A stretch of 32,000 nucleotides of DNA, from contig JAWAHN010000001.1 of the NCBI GenBank assembly GCA_038889235.1, positions 584,499-616,498 on the forward strand, written 5' to 3'. A program made the translations under genes and the position numbers. This document shows, one piece after another, positions 1 to 8,973 of the stretch (the first letter of the stretch is position 1; each line of letters starts with the position of its first letter). This DNA is from Candidatus Jordarchaeales archaeon (lineage in GTDB: Archaea; Asgardarchaeota; Jordiarchaeia; Jordiarchaeales; Freyrarchaeaceae). The notes under the pieces are model-generated. The model made no database searches. It was not told where the DNA came from and saw nothing but the letters and a program-made list of their open reading frames with translations.

Positions 1-2
1 CT

Positions 3-497
3 GGATGTGGAAAGAGTACGCTTGCATCCAAAGTCATTGAAAAAGCAAGAGAGAAGGGGCTGCGGGTTGGGGGAATAATCACTCCAGAGATAAGAGAAGG
101 GGGGACAAGAAAGGGGTTCTTGATTGTGGACTTGCTCACAGGGGAGAAGGAACTGATGGCCAGTGTTGGCGAGGGAGCTCCGAAAGTTGGAAAATACGTT
201 GTACACACCAGCGCCATTGCAAGTTTAGGATTCAGGGCGCTGATAAGAGCTGCTGAAGAAGCCGACATCATAGTGGTGGACGAGATAGGAAAAATGGAGC
301 TAATGGTGGATGAGTTCTCGCAAGCTGTTCGAAGGGTCATTGACTGCAAGAAGCCGTTCCTTGGAACAATAGGGTTAAACCTAAAACACCCGCTAGCTCT
401 CGAACTCAAGAGAAGAAACGACATCGAGCTTATATTCCTTTCACGTGAAAATTGGCGGGAAAATTACGAGCTTGTTTTAAGGGAACTCGGAATATAA
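3..497 (+). CDS. NTPase (THEP1/NTPase_1 family), 5'-truncated by the window edge
   Basis: Frame is open from nt 3 and reads GCGKSTLASKVIEKAREKGLRVGGIITPEIREGGTRKGF (Walker A), continuing into the ORF at 120. Walker B-like IIVVDEIGKME is typical of archaeal NTPase_1. Confidence 0.9.
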   Translation, partial: GCGKSTLASKVIEKAREKGLRVGGIITPEIREGGTRKGFLIVDLLTGEKELMASVGEGAPKVGKYVVHTSAIASLGFRALIRAAEEADIIVVDEIGKMELMVDEFSQAVRRVIDCKKPFLGTIGLNLKHPLALELKRRNDIELIFLSRENWRENYELVLRELGI

Positions 498-543
498 GGC
501 GCCCCCGGTAATCAACGGCTAATCAATTAGACAATCTACTCTT

Positions 544-1203
544 TTACATTATCTTAAGGTAGTTTGAGGCTACTGCTTCGAAACAACACATCAAGTCAAT
601 GTTTGCGTCCAGCTCTAAGAGGAAACTGTTAAGCTTGAAAACGGGGACCACTGGAATTTTTCTGTAAAATCCTTCCTGCAGCAGGGTCACGACCAAAGGA
701 AGCACCTTAATTTTCCCCCAGCCTGACACACCTAACTCTAAGCTTAAACCTGGAATGGAATCTGCCAGCGCCTTCGTCCTTTCAGCGTGCCTTTCCAAAA
801 TTCGCCTATCCGGGGCAACAGTTCTCGGCCTCTTATAGTGCTTACATTCGACACATATTACGAGTGGCTTTTTCAAAGCTAAGATGTCCACTTCAAACCT
901 GCGCCCGCTGCGAGAAAACCTAAAGTTTCTTATCAGAGAGTAGCCATGTCTATCGAATACACCCCCTAAGAACTCCTCGAAAGCCTTCCAGGTTAAAAGG
1001 CGCGCCAGGTACTCTGCTGTGAAACCGTAGGAGAGAAGGGCCTCCACGAGAGATACTCTGTCGGGGGCTATGAGCTTATCTCCCTCCTTGAGTAGGACCC
1101 CTCTTTCGAGTAGGGAGTTCACGACAATCCTAGCTTCCCACGAGTCTGAAAGTTCGTCCTCAGTGAGGAACTCGCTAAGAAGCTTTCTGACGACCGTTTC
1201 CAA
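544..1203 (-). CDS. PD-(D/E)XK restriction-endonuclease-like protein (Mrr-like catalytic domain) with N-terminal helical region
   Basis: Motifs W..FEE, EVDILA and VECKHY form the PD-(D/E)XK core. Likely start is TTG at 1203 after a GGTG RBS (ORF track extends to 1215). Confidence 0.75.
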   Translation of the reverse strand: METVVRKLLSEFLTEDELSDSWEARIVVNSLLERGVLLKEGDKLIAPDRVSLVEALLSYGFTAEYLARLLTWKAFEEFLGGVFDRHGYSLIRNFRFSRSGRRFEVDILALKKPLVICVECKHYKRPRTVAPDRRILERHAERTKALADSIPGLSLELGVSGWGKIKVLPLVVTLLQEGFYRKIPVVPVFKLNSFLLELDANIDLMCCFEAVASNYLKIM

Positions 1204-1277
1204 GCAGTACACCAAGAAGCATTAAAAACACAGGTAATTAATTCCTTTTTCGACAATTTTCCTGGAGGAACGCGGAA

Positions 1278-2399
1278 ATGATACCGATCAACAAACCCAT
1301 CTTGGGCAAAGAGGAAGAGGATAATGTTGTCAGAGTTCTGCGCTCAGGGATACTTACAGGGAGAGGCGTTGATGGAGGGATGGTTTCCGAGTTCGAAAAG
1401 CTTTTCGCACAGTTCCTCGGGGTCAAGCATGCTGTGGCCGTTAGTTCCGGCACTGCGGCTCTCCATGCTTCCCTAATATCACTGGGAGTTGGCCCGGGAG
1501 ATGAAGTCATAGTTCCCTCCTTCACTTTTTCGGCTACAGCTAATGTTGTACTCCACGTAGGTGCAAAACCAGTTTTCGTCGACATAGACCTCGACACTTA
1601 CACTATGGACCCCAATGAGGTTAGGAGGGCGCTAACCCCTAAAACTAAGGCAATAATACCAGTGCATCTCTACGGCCACCCGGCCGACATGAAGCCCATA
1701 ATGGAGCTTGCCGAGGACAACAATGTTTACGTGATTGAGGACTGTGCCCAAGCTCACGGAGCTGAATATGAGGGTGTTAAAGTTGGGGGGATAGGGCACT
1801 TAGGCTGTTTCAGCTTCTACCCCACGAAGATAATTACTACCGGTGAGGGGGGAATGGTGACCACGAACAGCGAGGAGCTTGCAGAAAAAATCAGGATGAT
1901 AAGAAATCAAGGGGAGAGAGGAGATTATTCAACGATGATTTTGGGTCACAATTGGAGGCTCACTGAGATTAACGCTGCGATAGGAGTTGCCCAGATGAAG
2001 AAGATCGGCGAGTTTCTGGCTAAGAGGAGGAGAAATGCGCAAATGCTCACAGAGCTTTTAAGCGATGTCGGCGAGCTTTCTCTCCCCTTTGAAAGGAGCA
2101 ATGTAAAGCATGCCTGGAACCTGTACACAGTGAGAGTAAAGAGCGGCGGGGATAAAAGGGACGAGATAGTCTCCCTCATTAGGAGGCGGGGTGTCGGAGC
2201 TACAGTTTACTACCCAATTCCAGTTCACTTAACTCCACTGTACAGGGAGAGGGGTTTTCATGTATCCCTTCCGAGCACGGAGCTGGCGTCAAGAACAGTT
2301 TTTTCGCTTCCAGTTCATCCTTCGATGACTGAGGGAGACGTTGAGAAAGTGGCTTCAGCCGTTAAGGATTCCTTGAAGGAGTTAAAATCTTCTCCATGA
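1278..2399 (+). CDS. DegT/DnrJ/EryC1/StrS family PLP-dependent sugar aminotransferase
   Basis: SSGTAALH, VIVPSFTFSAT, PVHLYG, IEDCAQAHG and SFYPTKIITTGEGG (PLP lysine). GGAGGA RBS upstream. Confidence 0.95.
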   Translation: MIPINKPILGKEEEDNVVRVLRSGILTGRGVDGGMVSEFEKLFAQFLGVKHAVAVSSGTAALHASLISLGVGPGDEVIVPSFTFSATANVVLHVGAKPVFVDIDLDTYTMDPNEVRRALTPKTKAIIPVHLYGHPADMKPIMELAEDNNVYVIEDCAQAHGAEYEGVKVGGIGHLGCFSFYPTKIITTGEGGMVTTNSEELAEKIRMIRNQGERGDYSTMILGHNWRLTEINAAIGVAQMKKIGEFLAKRRRNAQMLTELLSDVGELSLPFERSNVKHAWNLYTVRVKSGGDKRDEIVSLIRRRGVGATVYYPIPVHLTPLYRERGFHVSLPSTELASRTVFSLPVHPSMTEGDVEKVASAVKDSLKELKSSP

Positions 2400-2823
2400 C
2401 TATACCATCCCTATCACCATAATAATTTTTGACAACACCCACTTTGCGATAGCCCATCTTGGAGTAAAGCCGGATAGCTGGCGTGTTTCCATCCATCACT
2501 TCAAGGCGGCACCTCACAACCCCCCTTTCAGCAAACTCTTCCTCAAGTTTTCCGAGAAGCAAACTACCAATACCTCTCCTTCGGAACTCTGGAAGAACAT
2601 CGAGGGTGTATATTCTGCCTTTACCTTTCCCTTCTATAACTCCTATGGTGAAGCCGACGATTCTGCCCAAATAGGTGGCAACGAGGCCAATAGAGTAAGG
2701 ATGTTCTAATAATAGGCGGATGAAGTATTTTGGGAAGTAATGCTTCGGGAAACACACACGGTCTATCAAGTAGAGCTCATCTAAGTCTTCCAGAGATGTC
2801 TTTCTCAAAACAATGCCATGCAT
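2362..2823 (-). CDS. rimI: RimI/Ard1-like GNAT N-acetyltransferase
   Basis: Acetyl-CoA motif VLPEFRRRGIGSLL, plus LEV..GN..AIRLY.K.GY and NYY..D. Exact substrate not determinable. Confidence 0.8.
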   Translation of the reverse strand: MHGIVLRKTSLEDLDELYLIDRVCFPKHYFPKYFIRLLLEHPYSIGLVATYLGRIVGFTIGVIEGKGKGRIYTLDVLPEFRRRGIGSLLLGKLEEEFAERGVVRCRLEVMDGNTPAIRLYSKMGYRKVGVVKNYYGDRDGIVMEKILTPSRNP

Positions 2824-2943
2824 TTAAACGCAGCACCTCGGAAGGAGCCTTAAAACGCTTCCACTTCCCATGATGGAAAACACTATTTCACAGTTAATAC
2901 ATTACGTGTTCTTTCTTTCTAGAAGCTTCCTGGAAGGGAGGAA

Positions 2944-3020
2944 GTTGAAAGTTTTCTGTTCAACGAAATAAGGTTTAAATTGTTTCCCACTATTGTTACC
3001 CTTGAATTAAGCGTTAATTC
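2944..3020 (+). promoter_or_regulatory. sufC promoter: TATA box (TTTAAAT, 2974-2980) flanked by two inverted repeats (candidate operators)
   Basis: GTTGAA-n9-TTCAAC at 2944-2964 lies upstream of BRE/TATA. Perfect GAATTAA-GCG-TTAATTC at 3004-3020 lies at the expected TSS, just before the GGTGA RBS. Confidence 0.5.
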
Positions 3021-3036
3021 TAGTGGTGATGTTTGA

Positions 3037-3756
3037 TTGTTGGCACTTGAAATAAAAGATCTTGTTGCCGAAGTTGATGGAAAAAGAGTGCTCGATGGAG
3101 TGAATCTCGAAGTTCCAAGGGGGGAGGTGCACGTCCTCTTCGGACCAAACGGCTCAGGTAAGACTAGTTTGATATTGACGATACTCGGTTACCCGCAGTA
3201 TAAAGTGGTACGTGGACGGATACTTCTCAACGGCGAAGATATAACAAACCTTCCGATAAATGAAAGAATTAAAAGAGGAATTGGGGTCCTCTTCCAAAAC
3301 CCCCCGCCGATAAAGGGGGTTCGTCTCGGAGACGTGATAAAAAAGCTTGCAAAAGATGAGTCACCGACCGAGATAGCAAGGAAAGTTAACTTTCCAACGT
3401 ATTACTTGAACAGGGAGCTTAACTGCGGTTTTTCTGGAGGAGAGATTAAAAGGTGCGAGCTAATGCAACTTATGGCTCAAAAACCGAGCTTCTTGCTCCT
3501 TGACGAACCGGACTCAGGAGTGGATGTCGAAAACCTTGCGCTCGTTGGATCTATTATAAACGAACTAGTGAGGGGGCGCTCTGGCATTCTGATAACACAC
3601 TTGGGGTATATTTTGAGGTACGTTGAAGCGCATAAAGCGCACGTGATTTTAAAAGGAAAAATAGCATGCTCGGGGAGACCTATAGAAATATTGGACCATA
3701 TACTACGGGAAGGTTACTGGTGGTGTGACAAGTGCAAGGAGATCGGTGGTGACTAG
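3037..3756 (+). CDS. sufC: Fe-S assembly ABC ATPase SufC (SmsC-type)
   Basis: GPNGSGKT, FSGGEIKR, LDEPDSGVD and ITH motifs. C-terminal CDKC as in archaeal minimal-SUF ATPases. Adjacent to sufB. Confidence 0.92.
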   Translation: MLALEIKDLVAEVDGKRVLDGVNLEVPRGEVHVLFGPNGSGKTSLILTILGYPQYKVVRGRILLNGEDITNLPINERIKRGIGVLFQNPPPIKGVRLGDVIKKLAKDESPTEIARKVNFPTYYLNRELNCGFSGGEIKRCELMQLMAQKPSFLLLDEPDSGVDVENLALVGSIINELVRGRSGILITHLGYILRYVEAHKAHVILKGKIACSGRPIEILDHILREGYWWCDKCKEIGGD

Positions 3757-3759
3757 ACG

Positions 3760-5001
3760 ATGAAAGCTTGGGAAGAGGAGATAAGAGAGAGGGCATTGAA
3801 AGCATTAGACAAGAAGGCAAAATATGGTCCAGACATAGACCTTTCCGCTTTCGAAAGAAAAGCCGGAGAACTGGATGTTAAGGGGATCGATGAGCTACCC
3901 TCCGATATTAAGGAGCAAGCACTTATGGTTGGCGTTAGACCAGACATGAGAGAAAGGGCAGGCACATATTTTCAACTCGACCACTCTATTGTCTTTAGCG
4001 GTGTGAGTAAACATTTTGACGGGAATGTCGAATTTATCAGCACACTAGAAGCTAAGAAGAAGTACGACTGGTTGGATAAGTATCTCTGGAGAGCAGTTCC
4101 GGTAGACACAGATAAGTATACCGCTTTTGCCGCACTGGAGTGGGATCATGGATATTTCCTCAGGGTCGCAGCAGGGAAAAAAGTAACCGTACCTTTGCAG
4201 TCCTGTCTCTACATACGCCGTAACAGGTTAGATCAAAATGTCCACAATGTTATTCTGATGGAGCCAAACTCGGAGGCCCAGATTATAACTGGGTGCGTGG
4301 TTCACCCTAATGTTTCGAGGGCGCTCCACATAGGCATAACTGAAATTTATTTAATGGAAGGAGCCAAACTGACATTTACCATGATCCACAATTGGACAGA
4401 AGGAATAGACGTCCGCCCCAGAACTGGTATTATACTTGAGAGAAACGCCACATTCATCAGCAACTACGTTTGCCTCAAGCCCGTTGGTAGCATACAGACA
4501 TATCCAGAAGCCCAGTGTAATGGGGATGCGGCAACCGTGGTCTTCAACTCCATAGTGTACGGCGATAAAAAATCAATCATAGACATAGGCGGGAAAGTCA
4601 TCTTGCATGGAAAGGGAAGCCGAGGAGAGGTTAGGTCTAGGGTGATAGCGGCAGGAAACGCCCAAATATACTCCAGGGGATTAATCATAGGCAAGGAAGA
4701 GGGAACACGCGGCCATCTCGAATGCAGGGGACTCTTACTCTCAGACGAAGCATTAATCCACGCTATCCCGGAGCTTAAAGGCGAAAACAGCAAAACCGAG
4801 CTAAGCCACGAGGCGGCCGTTGGAAAAATAGCGGAGGAAGCAATATACTACTTAATGGCACGCGGATTCAGTGAAGAAGAAGCAGTATCGATCATAGTGC
4901 GAGGATTCCTTGACACAAGAATATTCGGGCTGCCAGAAATACTTCAAAGAGAAATAGATCACGCTGTGGACATGGTGCTTTCTTATAGTCTTGAGAAGTG
5001 A
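3760..5001 (+). CDS. sufB: Fe-S assembly scaffold SufB/SufD family (SmsB-type)
   Basis: QNVHN, TGC, HIGITE, MIHNW, GHLECRGLLL, PEL..LSHEAAVGKI..YLMARG motifs. Confidence 0.92.
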   Translation: MKAWEEEIRERALKALDKKAKYGPDIDLSAFERKAGELDVKGIDELPSDIKEQALMVGVRPDMRERAGTYFQLDHSIVFSGVSKHFDGNVEFISTLEAKKKYDWLDKYLWRAVPVDTDKYTAFAALEWDHGYFLRVAAGKKVTVPLQSCLYIRRNRLDQNVHNVILMEPNSEAQIITGCVVHPNVSRALHIGITEIYLMEGAKLTFTMIHNWTEGIDVRPRTGIILERNATFISNYVCLKPVGSIQTYPEAQCNGDAATVVFNSIVYGDKKSIIDIGGKVILHGKGSRGEVRSRVIAAGNAQIYSRGLIIGKEEGTRGHLECRGLLLSDEALIHAIPELKGENSKTELSHEAAVGKIAEEAIYYLMARGFSEEEAVSIIVRGFLDTRIFGLPEILQREIDHAVDMVLSYSLEK

Positions 5002-5013
5002 GAAACTGGAAAA

Positions 5014-6648
5014 CTAGGAGACGTTGTTGATGGGAGACACTGCTTTAGGATAGAGGCTCAGTATTACCTCGGTTACGGCTTCTCCAATCTTCTTCCACTT
5101 CTTCTTCCCTGTTTCCGTCACGTAAATTCTTTTTAGTTGCATCCCTTTTCTGATGCAAACTTCCTCTACTTTCGCGTCCTCCTGGTCGCTTTCAACTATT
5201 ATGACTGCTTTGTAGTTATGTTTTTCGATAAAATCGCGGATCGAGGCTGCCATGTGTTCCCTCGAGTACGCGAAGTCGGAGACACCCAAGTGTTGTGAAA
5301 GAGGGTAAACGTCTTCTACCTCTTCTGGAATAATGCCGAAGAAGCTCGATTTAAGGACAAACTGCACCTTCCTCTTGATGTGCTCTGGAACGTTTAAGCT
5401 TTGGTCCAGAATCTTCTTCTCTTTCGATCTGTAAAACGGGCGAGACGATGGTTCCGGCAAAATGACAAGTATCTCTACATCCTCCGGTTTTGGTAGCGAG
5501 CTAAGCTTTTTTAGGTGAGAGTAGACCTCCGGTCTCCTAAGCGATTCAGGGCTTAAGAAGAGAATGGCTCTCTTTTTGACCGATGGAGTAAACTTTGTAA
5601 TGTAGTGAGAGTATTCGCAGAGTCTTCTCAGACCTTTTAGTAGGGCGGGGTGACTTTTGCTTCTCGCCTCCAAGAGCTCCCAAAGTCTCCCATCTACAAT
5701 CGCTTGCCTTATAGTTTGAACTTCACTAAGCGAAACGTAAAGGTTATGAGTGGCCAGCAGCTTTTCTCTTTCAAACTTAGGCTCTTTGAGCAGCTCTTGA
5801 GGCGTGTACTCTAGGCATATGGGACAACTGCAGGGAAAATACTTTAAATCGGAAAGGTTCAGCGTTCCGTAATGTGTCATATACCTTTCATCCCTCGCGT
5901 ACAACGCGTAGGCCGCTGAGTCGAACAAGTCTATGCCCATAGCTACTGCGAGCGAAAACATCATGGGGTGCCCTGCACCAAAGAGGTGAACGGGCTTGTC
6001 AAGTGGGAGGTTTTGTTTGGCAGCCATAACCACGTCCACTAGGACGTCGAAAGAGTAATTTTCCATCAATTGCACTACGCTTCCGACCGCATACAAGTTG
6101 AAGGGCATTTTTCCAATTTCAGCCGCGCAAGTCCTCACTAGGTCCGGGTAGGGACTTCCCTGAACGGGGCCCACCCAAAGTATATCATTTCTCTTTCTCT
6201 GGGAGAAGCTTTTTTCTGCATTGGAGAGGGTTTCCTTTACAGCTTCCTCAGCTTCCGCCCTGTTTTTCGCACCGCCGGATGGTACGTCGAGGATGACCGC
6301 TATGTCGCTTCCTATCTCTTCTTGAAATTTTATAATCTCCTCTTGGCTAATTTCCAGCTTACCATAGACCATAAGTTGATATGCTCCCGAGTCGGTCATT
6401 ACCACCCCATCGAAGTCTAGGGCGGCGTGTATCCCCTTCGATCTTGCCTCGTCCGGAAGGTGTTTAAGGGTTATCATAGCATTGGTTATTATGCAATCAC
6501 AGTTCATCTTCCGGATATAGGAGGGGGGCACTACTATCCGCGTAGGGTTAATGACAGGGAAGAGGGCAGGAGTAGTTATACGCCCGCTTTTAGTCTCAAG
6601 AAGGCCTATTCTCCCCATAAGGTCCCTTTCATGCACTTCGAAACTCAT
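5014..6648 (-). CDS. tgtA: Archaeosine tRNA-guanine(15) transglycosylase, lacking the C-terminal PUA domain
   Basis: TDSGAYQL, VQGSPYPDL, HLFGAGHP, DLFDSAAYALYA and the Zn site CSCPIC...HNL. The C-terminus does not resemble a PUA domain. Confidence 0.93.
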   Translation of the reverse strand: MSFEVHERDLMGRIGLLETKSGRITTPALFPVINPTRIVVPPSYIRKMNCDCIITNAMITLKHLPDEARSKGIHAALDFDGVVMTDSGAYQLMVYGKLEISQEEIIKFQEEIGSDIAVILDVPSGGAKNRAEAEEAVKETLSNAEKSFSQRKRNDILWVGPVQGSPYPDLVRTCAAEIGKMPFNLYAVGSVVQLMENYSFDVLVDVVMAAKQNLPLDKPVHLFGAGHPMMFSLAVAMGIDLFDSAAYALYARDERYMTHYGTLNLSDLKYFPCSCPICLEYTPQELLKEPKFEREKLLATHNLYVSLSEVQTIRQAIVDGRLWELLEARSKSHPALLKGLRRLCEYSHYITKFTPSVKKRAILFLSPESLRRPEVYSHLKKLSSLPKPEDVEILVILPEPSSRPFYRSKEKKILDQSLNVPEHIKRKVQFVLKSSFFGIIPEEVEDVYPLSQHLGVSDFAYSREHMAASIRDFIEKHNYKAVIIVESDQEDAKVEEVCIRKGMQLKRIYVTETGKKKWKKIGEAVTEVILSLYPKAVSPINNVS

Positions 6649-7972
6649 CGAGTACCTTCCTCCATCCTATACCGCGATAAATGAATCCTGCGTTAGCCGC
6701 CTTAGCCGGGTCAATAATCCTTCTCCCATCTACCAGCACGGGGCGCCTCATCACTCTTCTAGCATCACTAAGAGGTAGTTCAGCATATTCCTTCCATTCC
6801 GTTACTATAATGCAACAATCCGCCCCCCTTAACGCGTTCAATGGTGTTTCAGCATAGTCAACGGCTTTCCCAAAGATTTCTTTTGCCTTTTCCATCGCTT
6901 TTGGATCATGAACCACTACCTCAGCCCCCCGCTCTAGTAAGGCGCGAACTATCTTTATTGACGGAGCCTCCCTCATATCGTCTGTTTCTGGCTTAAAAGC
7001 GAGACCGAGAACGGCGACTTTTTTCCCACGAAGATCGCCGAGAACGCTTTCAGCCAGCTCCACTACCCTCAAAGGCTGCTTGTTGTTGACATTTAAAGCC
7101 GCTTCCAAGAGCACTGGGTTATAGTTCTTGCTTCTAGCAGCCGAGATGAGAGCCCTTAAGTCTTTAGGTAGGCAAGATCCGCCGAAACCGCAGCCAGCTC
7201 TCAGGAACTCCGGGTTAATCCTGAAATCGAGACCTATAGCGTAAGCGACCTGTTTTACGTCGATGTCGAAGAGCTCACATATATTAGCTATCTCGTTTAT
7301 GAAGGATATTTTCATAGCTAGGAAGGCGTTATTGGCGTACTTTATCATTTCCGCCGTACGGAGATCAGTCTTCACGATGATACTCTTAATGCCGCTAAAA
7401 ACTGACTCGATGACCTTGCACGCTTTCTCATCCCGGTAGCCTATCACTATCCTATCGGGGTTCATAAAGTCACGTATGGCGTTTCCTTCACGAAGGAATT
7501 CAGGGTTCACACAAACACCGAAATCCTTCCCTTCAACCTTGCCTGACGTGGCTTCTATCGTGGGTATAACCAGCTCTTCGGTAGTTCCAGGTATAACTGT
7601 GCTCTTAACCGCGACCACGTGGTAGTCATCTCTTTCAGCTATACCAGCACCTATGTCTTTCGCAGCGCTCTCAACCCAACGTAGATCTATTTCCCCGTTG
7701 AGACTCGGGGTTCCAACAGTTATAAATGACACAAAAGACTCAGCAACGGCTTTAGCGGTGTTCGTCGTCGCCTTAATGTTACCCGCATTCTTGTGCTTAG
7801 TAAGCATCTCCTGCGCTCCAGGCTCGTAAATAGGCGCTACGCCTTGGTTTACCAGCTCAACTTTACCGGCATCTAAGTCGGCAAAAATTACCTTAAAGCC
7901 CAAGTCTGCGAGACAAAGACCAGTAACCAAACCAACATAACCGAGACCGATCACCGCTATACTCCTTTCCAA
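6629..7972 (-). CDS. ugd: UDP-glucose/GDP-mannose dehydrogenase family
   Basis: GLGYVGL Rossmann motif, VGTP, KSTVIPGT, NPEFLREG, KYANNAFLAMKISFINE, GFGGSCLPKD, GLAFKPETDDMREAPS. Probable TTG start at 7972 (ORF track to 7987). Confidence 0.93.
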   Translation of the reverse strand: MERSIAVIGLGYVGLVTGLCLADLGFKVIFADLDAGKVELVNQGVAPIYEPGAQEMLTKHKNAGNIKATTNTAKAVAESFVSFITVGTPSLNGEIDLRWVESAAKDIGAGIAERDDYHVVAVKSTVIPGTTEELVIPTIEATSGKVEGKDFGVCVNPEFLREGNAIRDFMNPDRIVIGYRDEKACKVIESVFSGIKSIIVKTDLRTAEMIKYANNAFLAMKISFINEIANICELFDIDVKQVAYAIGLDFRINPEFLRAGCGFGGSCLPKDLRALISAARSKNYNPVLLEAALNVNNKQPLRVVELAESVLGDLRGKKVAVLGLAFKPETDDMREAPSIKIVRALLERGAEVVVHDPKAMEKAKEIFGKAVDYAETPLNALRGADCCIIVTEWKEYAELPLSDARRVMRRPVLVDGRRIIDPAKAANAGFIYRGIGWRKVLDEFRSA

Positions 7973-8270
7973 GCTGCAACACCACACACGACACTATTTG
8001 AATAAAAATGTTCGTTAGTTATGATTACAGGCACCAGTCTTCTCCCCAATTCTAACATGAGTCTTAAAATATTTAACGTGTATCGACAACCACTTCCACA
8101 AATAAAGAAACCTTACTTTGACTATCCTTCCATGATCAGTGCTTCAACAAGCCGGTTGTCTCGCAAGTTCAATTTTATAGATCTTCTTATCCATTCCAGG
8201 AAGTAAATGTAAGGTGAGGGAGCTGAAAGTATTAAGACGAAGAATTCTTCACGCATTTAACCCCTCAATT

Positions 8271-8651
8271 TTATTGAGGCCTTAGAGATTTTTTGAGACG
8301 TGCTGTCAAGCTCCTTAGGCACGAAATCTTTGACGGTTCACCATTAAACTTTTCCATTATCTTCTCCGCGTAGTCAAGGAATTCCTCGAGCTTTGCGTCC
8401 TTCCTAAGCATGAAGCATAATAGGTTGTAATCTTTCGCAGATACGACCACGTTTTTGTCATCAAAAATCATAGCTCGCGGGATTATGTTTCTGGAGGCAC
8501 CGACCATGAACATGGTGTATAATTCGACGAGTATGTTCCTTATCCCATCATCCCCGTCAACGTTTAACTCCCATTTCATGACTGGCCCATATACTTTGTC
8601 CATGTTGAGAAGTGCAATGGACTTGATACCAGCGTTTCTAAGCAGGTTCAT
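8271..8651 (-). CDS. Hypothetical 126-aa protein with longin/uDENN-like pattern
   Basis: Strong RBS GAGGTGAGGAGG before ATG at 8651. Hydrophobic strand followed by D-x3-GP (IKSIALLNMDKVYGP), and a beta-beta-alpha-beta-beta-beta-alpha-alpha pattern judged by eye. Confident that it is a CDS, less so on the fold. Confidence 0.6.
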   Translation of the reverse strand: MNLLRNAGIKSIALLNMDKVYGPVMKWELNVDGDDGIRNILVELYTMFMVGASRNIIPRAMIFDDKNVVVSAKDYNLLCFMLRKDAKLEEFLDYAEKIMEKFNGEPSKISCLRSLTARLKKSLRPQ

Positions 8652-8840
8652 GTACCTCCTCACCTCTTCGTTCCTAGGACTGCAGGGGGTGAGATATCAA
8701 GTTTTGTGTTTTTTCAATGTTACCAGAAGTTTTCCGAGAATATGTGTCAAATGAGGCAAGTCTTCAGAGAGTAATTTGAACGTTGGCTCCAAAGAAGTTA
8801 ACGAGGTCGACAGTGCTTTTAGAGCAACGTTTTGACTGGA

Positions 8841-8859
8841 TTTAAAGAAAAACTTTAAA
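8841..8859. promoter_or_regulatory. Back-to-back TATA-like boxes / inverted repeat between the divergent longin-like and APC permease genes
   Basis: TTTAAAG-AAAAA-CTTTAAA, a perfect 7-5-7 inverted repeat in the divergent intergenic region. Confidence 0.4.
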
Positions 8860-8973
8860 GGGATGTTCGTCTTACTGGTTTTTCTAAATTTTGAGAATTA
8901 GTTGGAGTGGGGTGCGTCAAATTTAGTAACAAACTGGTGTTGGTGCCTACTGTACTAGAAAATCTGAAGGTCG

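Noticed and set aside
1238-1597. 119-aa - strand ORF, and similar short ORFs opposite sufB, gatA, rps13, ipk, fni and the permease
   Set aside because: They lie fully antisense to well-supported genes, have Ser/Pro/Thr-rich shadow composition and no family motifs.
2362-2399. Convergent 3' overlaps (DegT/RimI 38 bp; permease/USP 41 bp) as antisense regulation
   Set aside because: Short convergent overlaps are common in compact archaeal genomes, and there is no further evidence.
2944-2964. SurR site (GTT-n3-AAC) at the suf promoter
   Set aside because: The spacing does not fit GTT-n3-AAC, so it is kept only as an unassigned palindrome.
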